From assembly GCF_963921235.1 (NCBI RefSeq), contig NC_086098.1, forward strand, positions 70,246,001-70,310,000: DNA of 64,000 nt, in the 5' to 3' direction. Under the pieces are notes generated by a model that saw only the letters and a program-made list of their open reading frames with translations, ran no database searches and was not told where the DNA came from. This DNA comes from Mobula hypostoma. Its lineage: Eukaryota. Positions 49,661 through 61,489 of the stretch are shown here, piece after piece (the first letter of the stretch is position 1; the number at the start of each line of letters is the position of its first letter). Made by a program: the position numbers and the translations under genes.

Positions 49661-50008
49661 ATGGTGGTGCCTGTCGGCACAAGTGACGTGGGGAAGAAGA
49701 GGAAAGACATTCTACAGCGCAACTTCAGAGAACTCGGAATAAGGCTGAAAAGCAGGACTTCCAGGGTGGTTGTCTACGGTTTGCTTCCAGTTCCCCGTGC
49801 TGGAGTGGTCAAGAACAGGGAGATAATGGATCTGAATGTGTGGCTGAGGAACTGGTGCAGGAAGCAAGGATTTACATTCTTGGACCACTGGGGTATGTTT
49901 CGGGGTAAGGATGAATTGTACAAAAGGGACGGGTTGCACCTTAATAAGCGGGGCACCAGCATTCTGGCGGGCAGGTTTGCCTCTGCAACACGGGTGTGTT
50001 TAAACTAA
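49661..50008 (+). pseudogene. CR1 ORF1 SGNH-type esterase C-terminus
   Basis: VGTSDV...LNVWLRNWC...LYKRDGLHLN. Confidence 0.85.
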
Positions 50009-50083
50009 GTCGTGGGGGGGAGCGGACAAACTGGAAACTTAAGGATGGAGATAAAGGGAAAGTGAGAATAAGAAAAGTTAAGA

Positions 50084-52969
50084 ATGACAGCAGAATCAAC
50101 AAGAGCAGAAAGCTCAAGAAGGGATCGTACAGTATGGCCAATCGATATAGGAACTGAGATGGGAGGTCAGGGGAGTAATGAATTAAAAGTATTGTATATG
50201 AATGCACGGAGTATGAGAAATAAAGTGGATGAGCTTGACGCACAGTTGGAAATTGGTAAGTATGATGTTGTGGGAATAACAGAGACATGGCTTCAAGTGG
50301 ACAGGGCCTGGGAAATGAATATTCAAGGATATACGTCCTATCGAAAGGACAGACTGATGGGCAGAGGGGGTGGGGTGGCTCTTTTGGTGAGGAATGATAT
50401 TCAGTCCCTTGCGAGGAGGGACATAGAATCAGGAGACGTAGAGTCAGTATGGATAGAACTGAGAAATTCTAAGGGTAGAAAGACCCTAATGGGAGTTATC
50501 TACAGGCCCCCAAACAGTAGTCTGGATGTAGGGTGTAAGCTGAATCGAGTTAAATTGGCATGTCGCAAAGGTAATGCTACAGTTGTCATGGGGGATTTCA
50601 ACATGCGGGTAGACTGGAGGAATCAGGTTGGTACTGGACCCCAAGAAAGGGAGTTTGTGGAGTCCCTCCGAGATGGATTCTTAGAACAGCTTGTACTGGA
50701 GCCTACCAGAGAGAACACAATTCTAGATTTAGCGTTGTGCAATGAACCGGATTTGATCAGGGACCTTGAGCTAAAGGAGCCATTAGGAGGTAGTGACCAT
50801 AATATCATAAGTTTTAATCTACAATTTGAGAGGGAGAAGGGAAACTCGGAAGTGTCAGTATTACAGTTGAACAAAGGGAACTATGGTGCTATGAGGGAGG
50901 AGCTGGCAAAAGTTCAATGGAACAATACCCTAGCAGGGATGAGAGTGGAACAGCAATGGCAAGTGTTTCTGGGAATAACGTGGAAGGTGCAGGTTCAGTT
51001 CATTCCAAAGAGGAAGAAATCCTAAGGGGAGTAAGGGGAGGCCGTGGCTGACAAGGGAAGTAATGGACAGTATAAAAATAAAAGAGTAGAAATATAACAT
51101 AGCAAAGACGAGTGGGAAGCCGAAGGATTGGGAAACTTTTAAAAAGCAACAGAAGGTAGCTAAAAAGGCAATACGTGGAGAAAAAATGAGGTACGAAGGT
51201 AAACTAGCCAAGAATATAAAGGAGGATAGTAAAAGCTTCTCTAGGTATGTGAAAAGGAAAAAAAATAGTTAAGACCAAAATTGGGCCCTTGAAGACAGAA
51301 GCGGGTGAATTTATCATGGGGAACAAGGAAATGGTAGAGGAGTTGAACAGTTACTTTGGATCTGTCTTCACCATGGAAGACACTAACAATCTCCCAGATG
51401 TAATAGTGGCCAAAAGACCTAGGGTAATGGATGAATTGAAGGAAATTTATATTAGGCAGGAAATGGTGTTGGATAGGCTGTTGGGTCTGAAGGCTGATAA
51501 GTCCCCAGGACCTGATGGTTTGCATCCCAGAGTACTTAAGGAGGTGGCTTTAGAAATCGTGGACACATTGGTAATCATTTTCCAATGTTCTGTGGATTGG
51601 AGGGTGGCTAATGTTGTCCCTCTCTTCAAGAGGGGAGGAAAAGAGAAAACAGGGAATTATAGACCGGTTAGCCTGATGTCAGTGGTGGGAAAGATGCTGG
51701 AGTCAATTATAAAAGATGAAATTACAACACATCTGGATAGTAGTAACAGGATTGGTCCAAGTCAGCATGGATTTATGAAGGGGAAATCGTGCTTGACTAA
51801 TCTTCTGGAATTTGTTGAGGATGTAACTGTGAAAATGGACAAGGGAGAGCCAGTGGACGTAGTGTACCTGGACTCTCAGAAAGCCTTTGATAAAGTCCCA
51901 CATAGGAGATTAGTGGGCAAAATTAGGGCACATGGTATTGGGGGCAGAGTTACTGACATGGATTGAAAATTGGCTGGCTGACAGAAAACAAAGAGTTGCG
52001 ATTAACGGGTCCCTTTCAGAATAGCAGGCGGTGACCAGTGGGGTACCGCAAGGTTCAGTGCTCGGACCGCAGCTGTTTACAGTATATATTAATGATTTAG
52101 ATGAGGGAATTAAAAGTAACATTAGCAAATTTGCCGATGACACAAAGCTGGGAGGCAGTGTGAAATGTGAGGAGGATGTTATGAGAATGCAGGGTGACTT
52201 GGACAGGCTGGGTGAGTGGGCAGATGCATGGCAGATGCAGTTTAATGAGGATAATTGTGAGGTTATCCACTTTGGTGGTAAGAACGGGAAAGCAGATTAT
52301 TATCTAAATGGAGTCAAGTTAGGAAAAGGGGAAGCACAACGAGATCTAGGTGTTCTTGGACATCAGTCACTGAAAGCAAGCATGCAAGTACAGCAGGCAG
52401 TGAAAAAAGCTAATGGCATGCTGGCCTTCATTACAGGGGGAATTGAGTATAAGAGCAAAGAGGTCCTTCTGCAGCTGTACAGGGCCCTGTTGAGACCACA
52501 CCTGGAGTGCTGTGTGCAGTTTTGGTCTCCAAATTTGAGGAAGGATATCCTTGCTATTGAAGGAGTGCAGCGTAGGTTCACAAGGTTAATTCCAGGGATG
52601 GCGGGACTGTCATATGTTGAAAGATTGGAGCGACTGGGCTTGTACACTCTGGAATTTAGAAGGCTGAGAGGGGATCTTATTGAAATATATAAGATTATTA
52701 AGGGATTGGACATGCTGCAGGCAGGAAGCATGTTCCCGCTGATGGGTGAGTCCAGAACCAGAGGCCACAGTTTAAGAATAAGGGGTAGGCCATTCAGAAC
52801 TGAGTTGAGGAAAAAATTTTTCACCCAGAGAGTGGTGGATATATGGAATGCTCTGCCCCAGAAGGCTGTGGAGGCCAAGTCTCTGGATGCTTTCAAAAAA
52901 GAGATGGATAGAGCTCTTAAAGATAGTGGAATCAAAGGTTATGGGGATAAGGCAGGAGCTGGATACTGA
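50084..52969 (+). pseudogene. CR1 ORF2 (APE endonuclease plus reverse transcriptase), frameshifted
   Basis: YMNARS, ITETW, GDFN, SDHN; KSPGPDG, QHGF, KAFDKV, PQGSVLGP, FADD; split into ORFs of 313, 225 and 312 aa. Confidence 0.93.
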
Positions 52970-54156
52970 TAGTGGATGATCAGCCATGATCACAGTGAAT
53001 GGCGGTGCTGGCTCAAAGGGCCGAATGGCCTACTCCTGCACCTATTGTCTATTGTCTATGGTCTATTATTCCTAGGTACTCAGGTTCTCAGGTACCGACA
53101 ATTAATGCTATGAAGCTGACTCTTTGAGTACACAAACCTCCCAACTATTAATACAACAGCTATTTGATGTACTAAGTAACAATATCAACCCAGTCTACAC
53201 TGAACAACTTAGTCACTGTAGTGCAATTTGAAGCAAGCCAATTAACATAACCTCATTGTTTTACACTGCACTTGTTCAGCAGTTATCCCCAGTGATGTAC
53301 AGCAGAAAGTCTGTTCTAAAGGCAGTTCTTGTATACAAAGCTGTCCTTTCAACTTCAAACTTATTATCTTTTTACATTAAGAACTAAAGGCTAGCTCCTG
53401 TTCACAACCAGAAGCTAAGCAAAGTATATTAGCTGGAAGTTTTAAGCTACTCAAAAACAACACATTGATCTCTAGAAATGTCAGCTGGTGGAGTTGAGAA
53501 AGCTGAGCTTGGCAATAAAGACAAGACCCCCTGCCTAGGACAGTGAATATCCATCACAATATATAGAAACAAAAAGGTGGGGTGAGGCAGTGGTTGGTGG
53601 TGATAGGTAGAATTTGATTGGGAAAATGGGAAGAACATGAGCAAATGCAGACAGGTGAGGGAGGAAAGATGAACCACATGTTGAGAAACCTAAAAAGAAA
53701 TGATTGTGGATGATGGGCAGATAAGTCAGATGGAGAGTGGTAATGAGTCATAGTATTGAGAGTGGAAGGATAGAAAAGGTGAACGAAAGGTGAGTGAACT
53801 TGAGTGTCATACCATTGAATTGTAGATTACCTTGGCAGAAGATGAGATGTTCTTCTAGTTTGCATTTGCACTCACTATGACACTGAACACAGTAAGGTAT
53901 ATAGCAGAGTAACTGATCCTACCTGCTACTATGTTTGTGCCAAGCATGACACCAAATTATAATAATCCTTTCTTCCTGCACACGATCCATATCCCAATGT
54001 TCCTTGCAAGTTCATGTGTCTGTATAGACCTTCTTAGAGATTTCAATCGTATGTACTTCCATGACAGCATTCTCCAGGCACCCACCACTCCCGATCAAAT
54101 AAAAAAACTTGCGCAGCACATCTCTGTTAAATTTTCACCTCTCACTTTAAAGCTAT

Positions 54157-54979
54157 TGTGACAGGATCCTGAATTATCCCTATGAAGAGTGCTTTTAAAG
54201 GAAAGAGAGAGAGAGGTGTCCCACACAGACACCTTACTATTAAGAGAGAGAGAGAGGCGAAGATTGCTTAGAGATGGTGTTATGGTTTCTCTGCAGCATG
54301 TTTACACTTCTGCAAAGACACTGGCAGCTTCTAAGTTCTTACAGAGAGAGAGGGGAGGAGCTGCTTGATGGACAGCTGGTGTTCAGCACAACAGTATTTA
54401 AACCAGCGTAATCGCTTGTTTCACAGAACACGCAGACGCACTAAGGTGCGGTGAAGTTACCACTATCCTGGTTAGGTGCCCACGAGTGTGGGACTGTGGA
54501 TCGATTATGAGGTATCGATCTGTGATTGTTAGTGCGTAAAAGAGTGACCTTGCAGAGTCTACTCGTGTGTCTAACCCTCGCCTGGGTTGGTAGACTATCA
54601 TTCGAAGACGGTGCTCTTAAGTTGGTCAAGTTTGGCTAACTTGGAAGTTTCGGAGGACAACAGGAAGATCGATGGCATCAGCTCACCTGAAGAACCAAAC
54701 ACCTCTCTCTCTCCACCACTACTCAACTCAATACCACGAAATGAACTGAACTTTACTCATCGCCGTAAGACTGTATCCATTTACCCCTAGGCTGGAAGAA
54801 GCTTGGTTTTTATATCTCCACACTTATATATGTAATCGTTGCTAACTTGTTTGATATAACTGTGTTTATATTACTGTATTATGTAGTTACTAACAAATAC
54901 CATTAGTTAATAGCAATACCAGACTCCAAAGTGTTTTTCATTTCTGCTGGTACTTTAACCTGTCATGGGGTCCATGACA
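54157..54979. mobile_element. Putative solo LTR inserted in an antisense CR1 tail (53890-55030)
   Basis: TGTGACAGG...CCATGACA termini, internal (GA)n tracts, retained CpGs; TSD not clear (CTAT/AAAT). Confidence 0.6.
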
Positions 54980-55204
54980 AAATGTTCTCCCGTATTTGGC
55001 AAATCTGCCCTAGAAAAATAATTTTGACTTCTGTCAGAAAGAACATCCAGGGTGGACAGGATAGGATAGAAATGGGAAGAGGAGTCAAAAAGACATGCAA
55101 TTGGAAGTTCAAAATGGCTGTCGTCGACAGAGTGTCAACGCTCTGCAATCAATTGCTGGGTCTACACTTGGTCTTGGCAATGTAGAGGACACCATGTGAT
55201 GAAC

Positions 55205-55730
55205 ATCTTTACGCCATGCTGCCTTCATCTTATGAGAGATGGCGCACCACCCAATCAAGTTTATCTATGCCTGCTCATGCTGTTTCTATGCCTGATGTGA
55301 GAACCTACACACTGGATAGAAGCTTCCTTCACTGTGCTATCAGAATTTGGAACAGCCTTCCAGACGCTGTGGTTGGAAACATCTGTGATGATGGGGTCCA
55401 AGCCTTCAATAGTCGAGTGCACAAACACCTATCATCTCTGGGAGGGAAGTCACATGCTTCTTCATAAGCTATCATGAAGGGGACCAGGATGGCAATGCTT
55501 GGTTGTTGGTAGGTAGGGTTAATACCTGACTTTCAAGAGCACCTGTCATGTTATGTTCCAGCTGTACTTAGTCCTTAAACTGCTGGAGAACAGTGTGGAA
55601 TAAACAGGTGCTGTTTTCTCCCGGTAGGGATTAGTTTTTAGTTCCAAGTGCTCCTGCCACGTTTTGTCACCCTGCAACCTTATCCTTCAATCTCTTTGAA
55701 TTATGGAGGACAACATGTGTATAAATGTCT
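55205..55730 (+). mobile_element. Non-LTR retrotransposon 3' fragment (RTE-X/CR1-group)
   Basis: RSFLHCAIRIWNSLP...QAFNSRVHKHL* followed by a 3' UTR. Confidence 0.6.
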
Positions 55731-56789
55731 CTCTCCAGCAGCCTTCATCATGATCATCGTGACTCCAGTATTTCTACTATTTTTTAAATGTTTCTTAATT
55801 GTAAATATGACTTTTTTGTGTTCTGTCGCTGGGCAGCAGTGAACCATCTGATTGGCCTATCAGAGTTCTCTTTGGGAACTAGTTATTTGATCAGCATTTC
55901 TGATCTGGCTGTTATTCACGATTGCACTTAATAAAAAAAAAAGTGAGGTTGGAGAAGATGCAGATGAATATTTACCTCACCTAGAAGGACTGTTTAGGCC
56001 TCTGAATGGTGTTAAGGAGACGATAGGGCAGCTGTTAGGTGCCCTAGAATTAGTGGGGAAAAACCATAAAAATGGACACAGAATAGTGAAGAGAGTTTGA
56101 GCAGACCAAGGAGTAATGGAGAGAGTGGTCCCTGTGGAAAGTGGAAAGTGGCGGGGGGACAGGAGAAGATGTGATTTACTGGGATCCAACTGAAGCTAGC
56201 AAAAATGGCATATGATGTGTAGGTTAATGGTGTGAAAATTTGGGACCAATGGATTTCTGTACTGTCTAAGGAAAGGGGCAGGAATGAGAAAGGGTCCCTT
56301 TAACAATGCAGAAGGGATGCATTGTTTCCTGAAAAACTTACATGTTCTGTAGTATCTTACAATGTAATACCAATGTATTTAGCATCAGTTGTTCTAATAA
56401 GCATGAAATAAGTCCTTGAACTTGAAAGTTCCACAGTTAAACTGACCAAAACTTAAAATGGTTGACTCAATCTAACTGACTGCCTTAATCAATCAAAGAA
56501 ATCTAACAAATCAATTTCCCACTCTACTTAATCAACATTTTGAAATTGTAACAGAAAGTCAACTGATTTCAACCAATATGTATTTTAAAAATCTTACCTA
56601 ACCTAATTGTAGTAAACTGTATTTGTAGAACCTGACTACATTAGCAAACTTATCGTCGCCAGTGTTATTAAACTGACAAAATGCAAGTTATGCTTTAGTT
56701 CTAATTATCAGCAAACTTAATAATTAATCATAACTAATGAACTGTTGTGCAATATTTGAACCTTAAAGTAATGTGTGAAAAAGTAAAAT

Positions 56790-57100
56790 GTAGAATCCCC
56801 AGCACCAGGACATGTGCTTTTCTCATTGCTATCATCAAGGAGAAGGTCCAGGAGCCTGAAGAAGATACACACACTCAATGTTTTAGGAATAGCTTCTTCC
56901 CCTCCACCAACAGATTTCTGAATGAACAATGAACCCATAGACACTACCTCAATTTTTTTTTCTTTTTTTCTTTCTCTTTTACAATATTTCTTACTGTAAT
57001 TTTTAGTTTTTTTCATTATGTATTGCACTATACTACTACTGCAAAACAAGATATTTCACAACATAAGCCACTGATATTAAACCTGACTCTGATTCCAAAT
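56790..57100 (+). mobile_element. Rex1/Babar 3' end
   Basis: HTQCFRNSFFPSTNRFLN; tail ATTAAACCTGACTCTGATT. Confidence 0.8.
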
Positions 57101-57209
57101 TTGATGAACTGATATAATTTTAAAAAAGCACTAGAGTCAATCTGAAATGACACTCATGTGTTGTCATCAATAGTAATGAATGGTAGCAAACCCGAGTGAA
57201 CTGGTGAAG

Positions 57210-58490
57210 GAAATGGAGCCAAAGCAACCTGCTGGAGGAACCCAGAGGATCAAGTAGCACCTGTCGGGAAAAAGGAATTGTCAGTGTTTTCAGACTGGAC
57301 CCTGCATCAAGACTGACAGTGAAGAGGGAAGGCAGCCAGTATATAGTGGAGGAGGAAGGGATGAGACAGGAGCCAGTAAAGTGATAGGTAGTCCCTGGTA
57401 AAGAGGTGAGGGATGACGGGCACAAACACCCAGGTGAGGTTTGCGTAAGGATGGAGTTGGGAGATAGTTGTTAGAATGTGGCAGATAAGGAAAAAGGGGA
57501 GATGGGGCCGGGTGTTGGTGGGTGGGGTGGAAGGGGAATTTGGAGAAAGGGAAGATGGAGAAAGAAAGAGAGTGTATTGGAAAGACAGAAGGAATCAGAG
57601 ACAGAGAAACGAGGAACACAGTGGTAAGGGGTACCTGAAATTGGAAAATCCAGTCTTCATGCTGATCAGTGGTAAACTACCTGGTAGAATTTGAAGTGCC
57701 ATTCTTCTAGCTTAAGTTGGGTTTTGCCCTGGCAGTGTAAAAGTTTGAGAACAATCCGGTCAACGTGGGAATTGGAAGTGATCGTAATTGCATACAAATG
57801 GAAGCTTCTGATGACCATTGTGATCAGACAGCAGGTGAGATGTAAATGGCCACCTGCTCTACACTTGGTCTCACTGATGTAGAGAGGGCCACTTTGGGAG
57901 AAATACAGTAGACATACCTGAAGAAAATCTGTGTGAACTTTTGTCTCACCTGGAAGAGCTTTTTATGTTCCTGAATGGTGGTGAACGGGGAGGTGTAGGA
58001 ACAAGTATTATACCCTCCATGGTTGCAAAGGAGACTGCCAGGGGTCAGAGAGGGGTGGGTGAGGAGGGATGAGAAAACCAGAGAAAACTGCATTTAATGC
58101 TTCTGATGTGTTTCTCAACTTCATTGGGACTAGGCAACTGGTTTGCAGAGCAAATGCTCATTACTTGCAATGGGCATCACAAGCTCCCAGCTGTGTGCCA
58201 TTTCAATTCCCCTTCCCATTCATTCATGTAGCTCTCTAGCCTTGGCAGGGCAATAATCTCATATTCTGACTGGTTTCACTTCTTGTGACAGCTTTATTTT
58301 TCTCTTCTTCTTGAAGAAATCTCCCCTTCCAATATAAACATTGCTTTGCATTTCTTCTGGCCTTCCCTTCAAATGCAGTATCATTTCATGTGGCCTCTAT
58401 ACCCACTAGCCAACAGTATGAATATTGAATGTCCCATTTTCAATAAACCCATATCTCCTCTGTTTTTTACTTCTCTTTCTCTCTCACTCT
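57210..58490. mobile_element. Old PLE with inversion (minus 57210-58090, plus 58130-58490)
   Basis: Minus: LCNHGGYNTCSY, FQVRQKFT, terminus with degenerate HHR; plus: GNWFAE..CHFNSP..NSMNIE. Confidence 0.7.
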
Positions 58491-58829
58491 AGATAACAAA
58501 AAAGACCAAAGAAAGGTCAATACTGGAAAAGTTATGGGACATTATGTGTTTTGCTAATTAACTTGTCATTAAACTGATCCAGGATATCTACAAAACTACT
58601 ATCTACACAAGGATAAGTAAAGTTATCAAGTAAGCCTTGTTCACAATGATCAGAATAAATCAAATACAGCAATTATCTCTGCATCAGTCAACTTCATTCA
58701 TCAGGAATGTATTGGATGGTTCTGGAGACCATGCTGTTTAAAAGTGATTTGAAGCCAGCTTGATTTAGTCCAATACATTTCAAAAAGCAATTTGCTTACT
58801 GCTGATGCCTCAATATTGATCTCTGAAGC

Positions 58830-59825
58830 ATCTGGGCAGTAGAGGCACCTCTGTCAGATTATTCTTATTGACTTTAGCTCTGCCTTCAATATTATAATTA
58901 CTAACAATCTCTGAGACCTGTGAGTCAAAAGCTCCCTCTGCAAATGCATTCTCAACTTCCTGACACAATCAGGCAACACCAGCTCCACCATGATTATTCT
59001 CAACACGGGTTTGCATCCTTAGCACCTGGCTCCACTCACTGTACACTCAATGACTGCATGATTAGGTCATACTCTAATTCCATCTACAAATCTGGAGATG
59101 ATACCACCATAATGGGTTATGTGTCAAATAATGATGAGTCAGAGTACAGGAAGGATAAAGGGAGCTTAGCAACATGGTATCATGACAATAAACTTTCCCT
59201 CAATATCAGCAAAATAAAAGAGTTGGTAATAAACGTCATAAAAAGAGAGTGCGCATGCTCAATAGTGCCGAGGTTGAGAGTGTTAAGACCTTCAATGAGG
59301 CAAAGGAATGTGGCATGAACCCATTAATACTTACTGGTGTTTACTGATGCATCATAAAAATTATTTTCTGTTCTGCCCACGACCACAAGCAACTGTAGAC
59401 TTGTAGACACATCACAGAAAGCAGTCTCCCCTCCATAGACTCTGTGCATACTTCTTGCTGCCTCAGTAAAGCAGCCAGCATAATCAAAGACTTCTCCCAG
59501 CCCAGATATTCCTTCTCCCCTCTTCCATCAGCAGAAGACACAAAAGACTGAACAGTCATACCACCAGGCTCAAAGCTGGCTTCTGCTCCCCTGTTATCAG
59601 ATGAGCTTGACAGGATGGCCTAGAGCATTCAATCTCATTGTGATCTTGCACCTTATTCTCTACCTGTACTGCACTTCCTCTGCAAGTGCTCTTTATACTG
59701 CATTCTGTTATTGTTTTCCCTTGCACTACCTCAACGCATTGTGCATTGCATTGATCTGTATGAACAGTGAGATAAGATTTTCACTGTACCCTGGTACATA
59801 TGACAATAATAACCCAATTCCAATT
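58830..59825 (+). mobile_element. Rex1/Babar RT fragment, degenerate
   Basis: LIDFSSAFN, YKSGDDTTI, LSLNISKIKELV, (CCAATT)n tail. Confidence 0.8.
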
Positions 59826-61489
59826 AAATTGTTGGAAGAAGAAACTTGCAGAGACTGGGCAAAGGAGAGTTCTATGAGGTCTATTAACAACCTGGTATAA
59901 AAAATGCTGGGGACAAACCTTGACCCTCAGCTTTGCTTTCTGTAAAAGGCTATGACTCAATGAATAGGCTTCTTCATTTTTGAGATTCATTAAATTTAAG
60001 AAAAATCTGAGCAAACCACATTTGGGCAACTTACTAAGTTGGACTCATTATTTTTTTTCAGTCCTTTCTTTAAAGCTTTTCCAAGTACAGCTGCATATTC
60101 TTAAGATCTACTTGAAATCAGGTGTAAATTCACCAGATAATTGAGTGGAAGATAGAATGCTTGTGGAAGAAAATGTGTCTGATCTTAACTCCACTGGGTT
60201 CAGAGCAAGTCGATGCTGCCAGAATTTTCCTTCAAAGAAACCCAGTATAAAAGCTGTGCTCTTCATTCAAAGACGAACAGGCACACCCTGTGTAAGCATT
60301 ACTACTTGAAAAAATGTTAATGTTAAAAGGTGCAACTTTAATCAATCCTCATGCTTCATCGCAAACCAACATGATCTGGATGTTGACAGGCATTGGAAGT
60401 CTAACAATCTGTCCAGCAGAGAATCTCAACTTAAAATTATACATCACAGTAAAGATTTTGACTTTCCAAAGCAAGACTCTTAAGTTAGTTTCTAAAATTA
60501 TTCCTACAGCCTCACTGACTACAATATGTTCACAGAGAAGCAAATTACAAACATTCAGTGGATGTTACAAATGAACTTGGACTGCAGATCATTGCTATAC
60601 TATGTTAGAATGTTTGTAGATTCAATATTCCTGGCACCAGCAGCAGAAAATATTAAGCAAACCATTGTTTTCCTACAATCATAGCTGCACATAAAACTAA
60701 ACTTGGTTATAATTTGATCCAGCTACAAAATTGGAAAATATAACTGAGGCAAACAGTTTGTTAGATATATAGTTGTCATCATTCTGTGTGTTTCATCTGA
60801 TCATTTGCATATTACTAATATTAAAATCTTAGTATAAATGTTCAATAATAAATTGAGAACTTATATTATGTAGAAAATAGACATGTTGCATTCACCTTAT
60901 TTATATTCTGCAAGCCCTCACCCAAACCAACTCCTCCAGCCCCACCCCAAAAAGCAGGATTTAATTTTTTTTTTGATAAATTTGATATCTGAAATAAAGT
61001 ATTACTTTACTCAACCTCCATACACATTTCTGCACAGAAAATGACAAAACTAGCACCAAGACACTTGTGTATATAAATAATGCAATGAGAGGATGTCAAA
61101 TCTAATGTAAATTTGCATATTTTATGTTACAAGTGCATTATAAACCAGCATAATACTGATTAAGTAACTACAGCATTGCTTTTATACAACCAATCTGTGA
61201 ATGCATATTTAATCCATTTGAAAATGAGTCTTACCTGCAGGAGGAAATTACCTTCATAAAATATTTTTCATTGTCACTTGCATACAGATCTCAGAGCTAC
61301 TATATATTTTGTTCTTTGATTGAATTCTTTCTATTGCTTCGAAAGGGGAGAAGTGAGAATGTCCATGGTGGGTATGATCTTCAATTATACTAGCTGTTTT
61401 ATTGAGGCAGTGAGAAGTATAGACAAAGTCCTATGAAGTAGAGGCATCAGAGAGCTTTCTTGCCCAAGACATCTATGTGGTTAGTCTAA

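Larger units (their letters stand above)
49661..53060 (+). mobile_element. Near-complete young CR1 LINE (5'-truncated within ORF1)
   Basis: ORF1 esterase end, APE, RT and (CTATTGT)n tail; few disablements. Confidence 0.95.
47837..53558. mobile_element. Putative solo LTR, copy B, in three pieces (47837-47981, 49603-49660, 53088-53558)
   Basis: TTTGATGG...CCATCACA termini, near-TSD CTAT/ATAT, similarity to 42613-43561. Confidence 0.65.
47680..56330 (-). mobile_element. Old PLE broken into pieces (47680-47836, 53559-53885, 55030-55205, 55975-56330)
   Basis: Each piece is colinear with the contiguous relative at 57210-58090, in the expected order. Confidence 0.65.

Noticed and set aside
52363-52935. 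190-aa minus-strand ORF (and similar antisense ORFs over CR1 and PLE copies)
   Set aside because: Antisense shadow of the retrotransposon ORF
42613-53558. Local segmental duplication
   Set aside because: Similarity stops at TG...CA termini with separate near-TSDs, and copy B interrupts another element
60158-60684. Short open frames in unique DNA
   Set aside because: No homology recognised and no coherent splice-site pair
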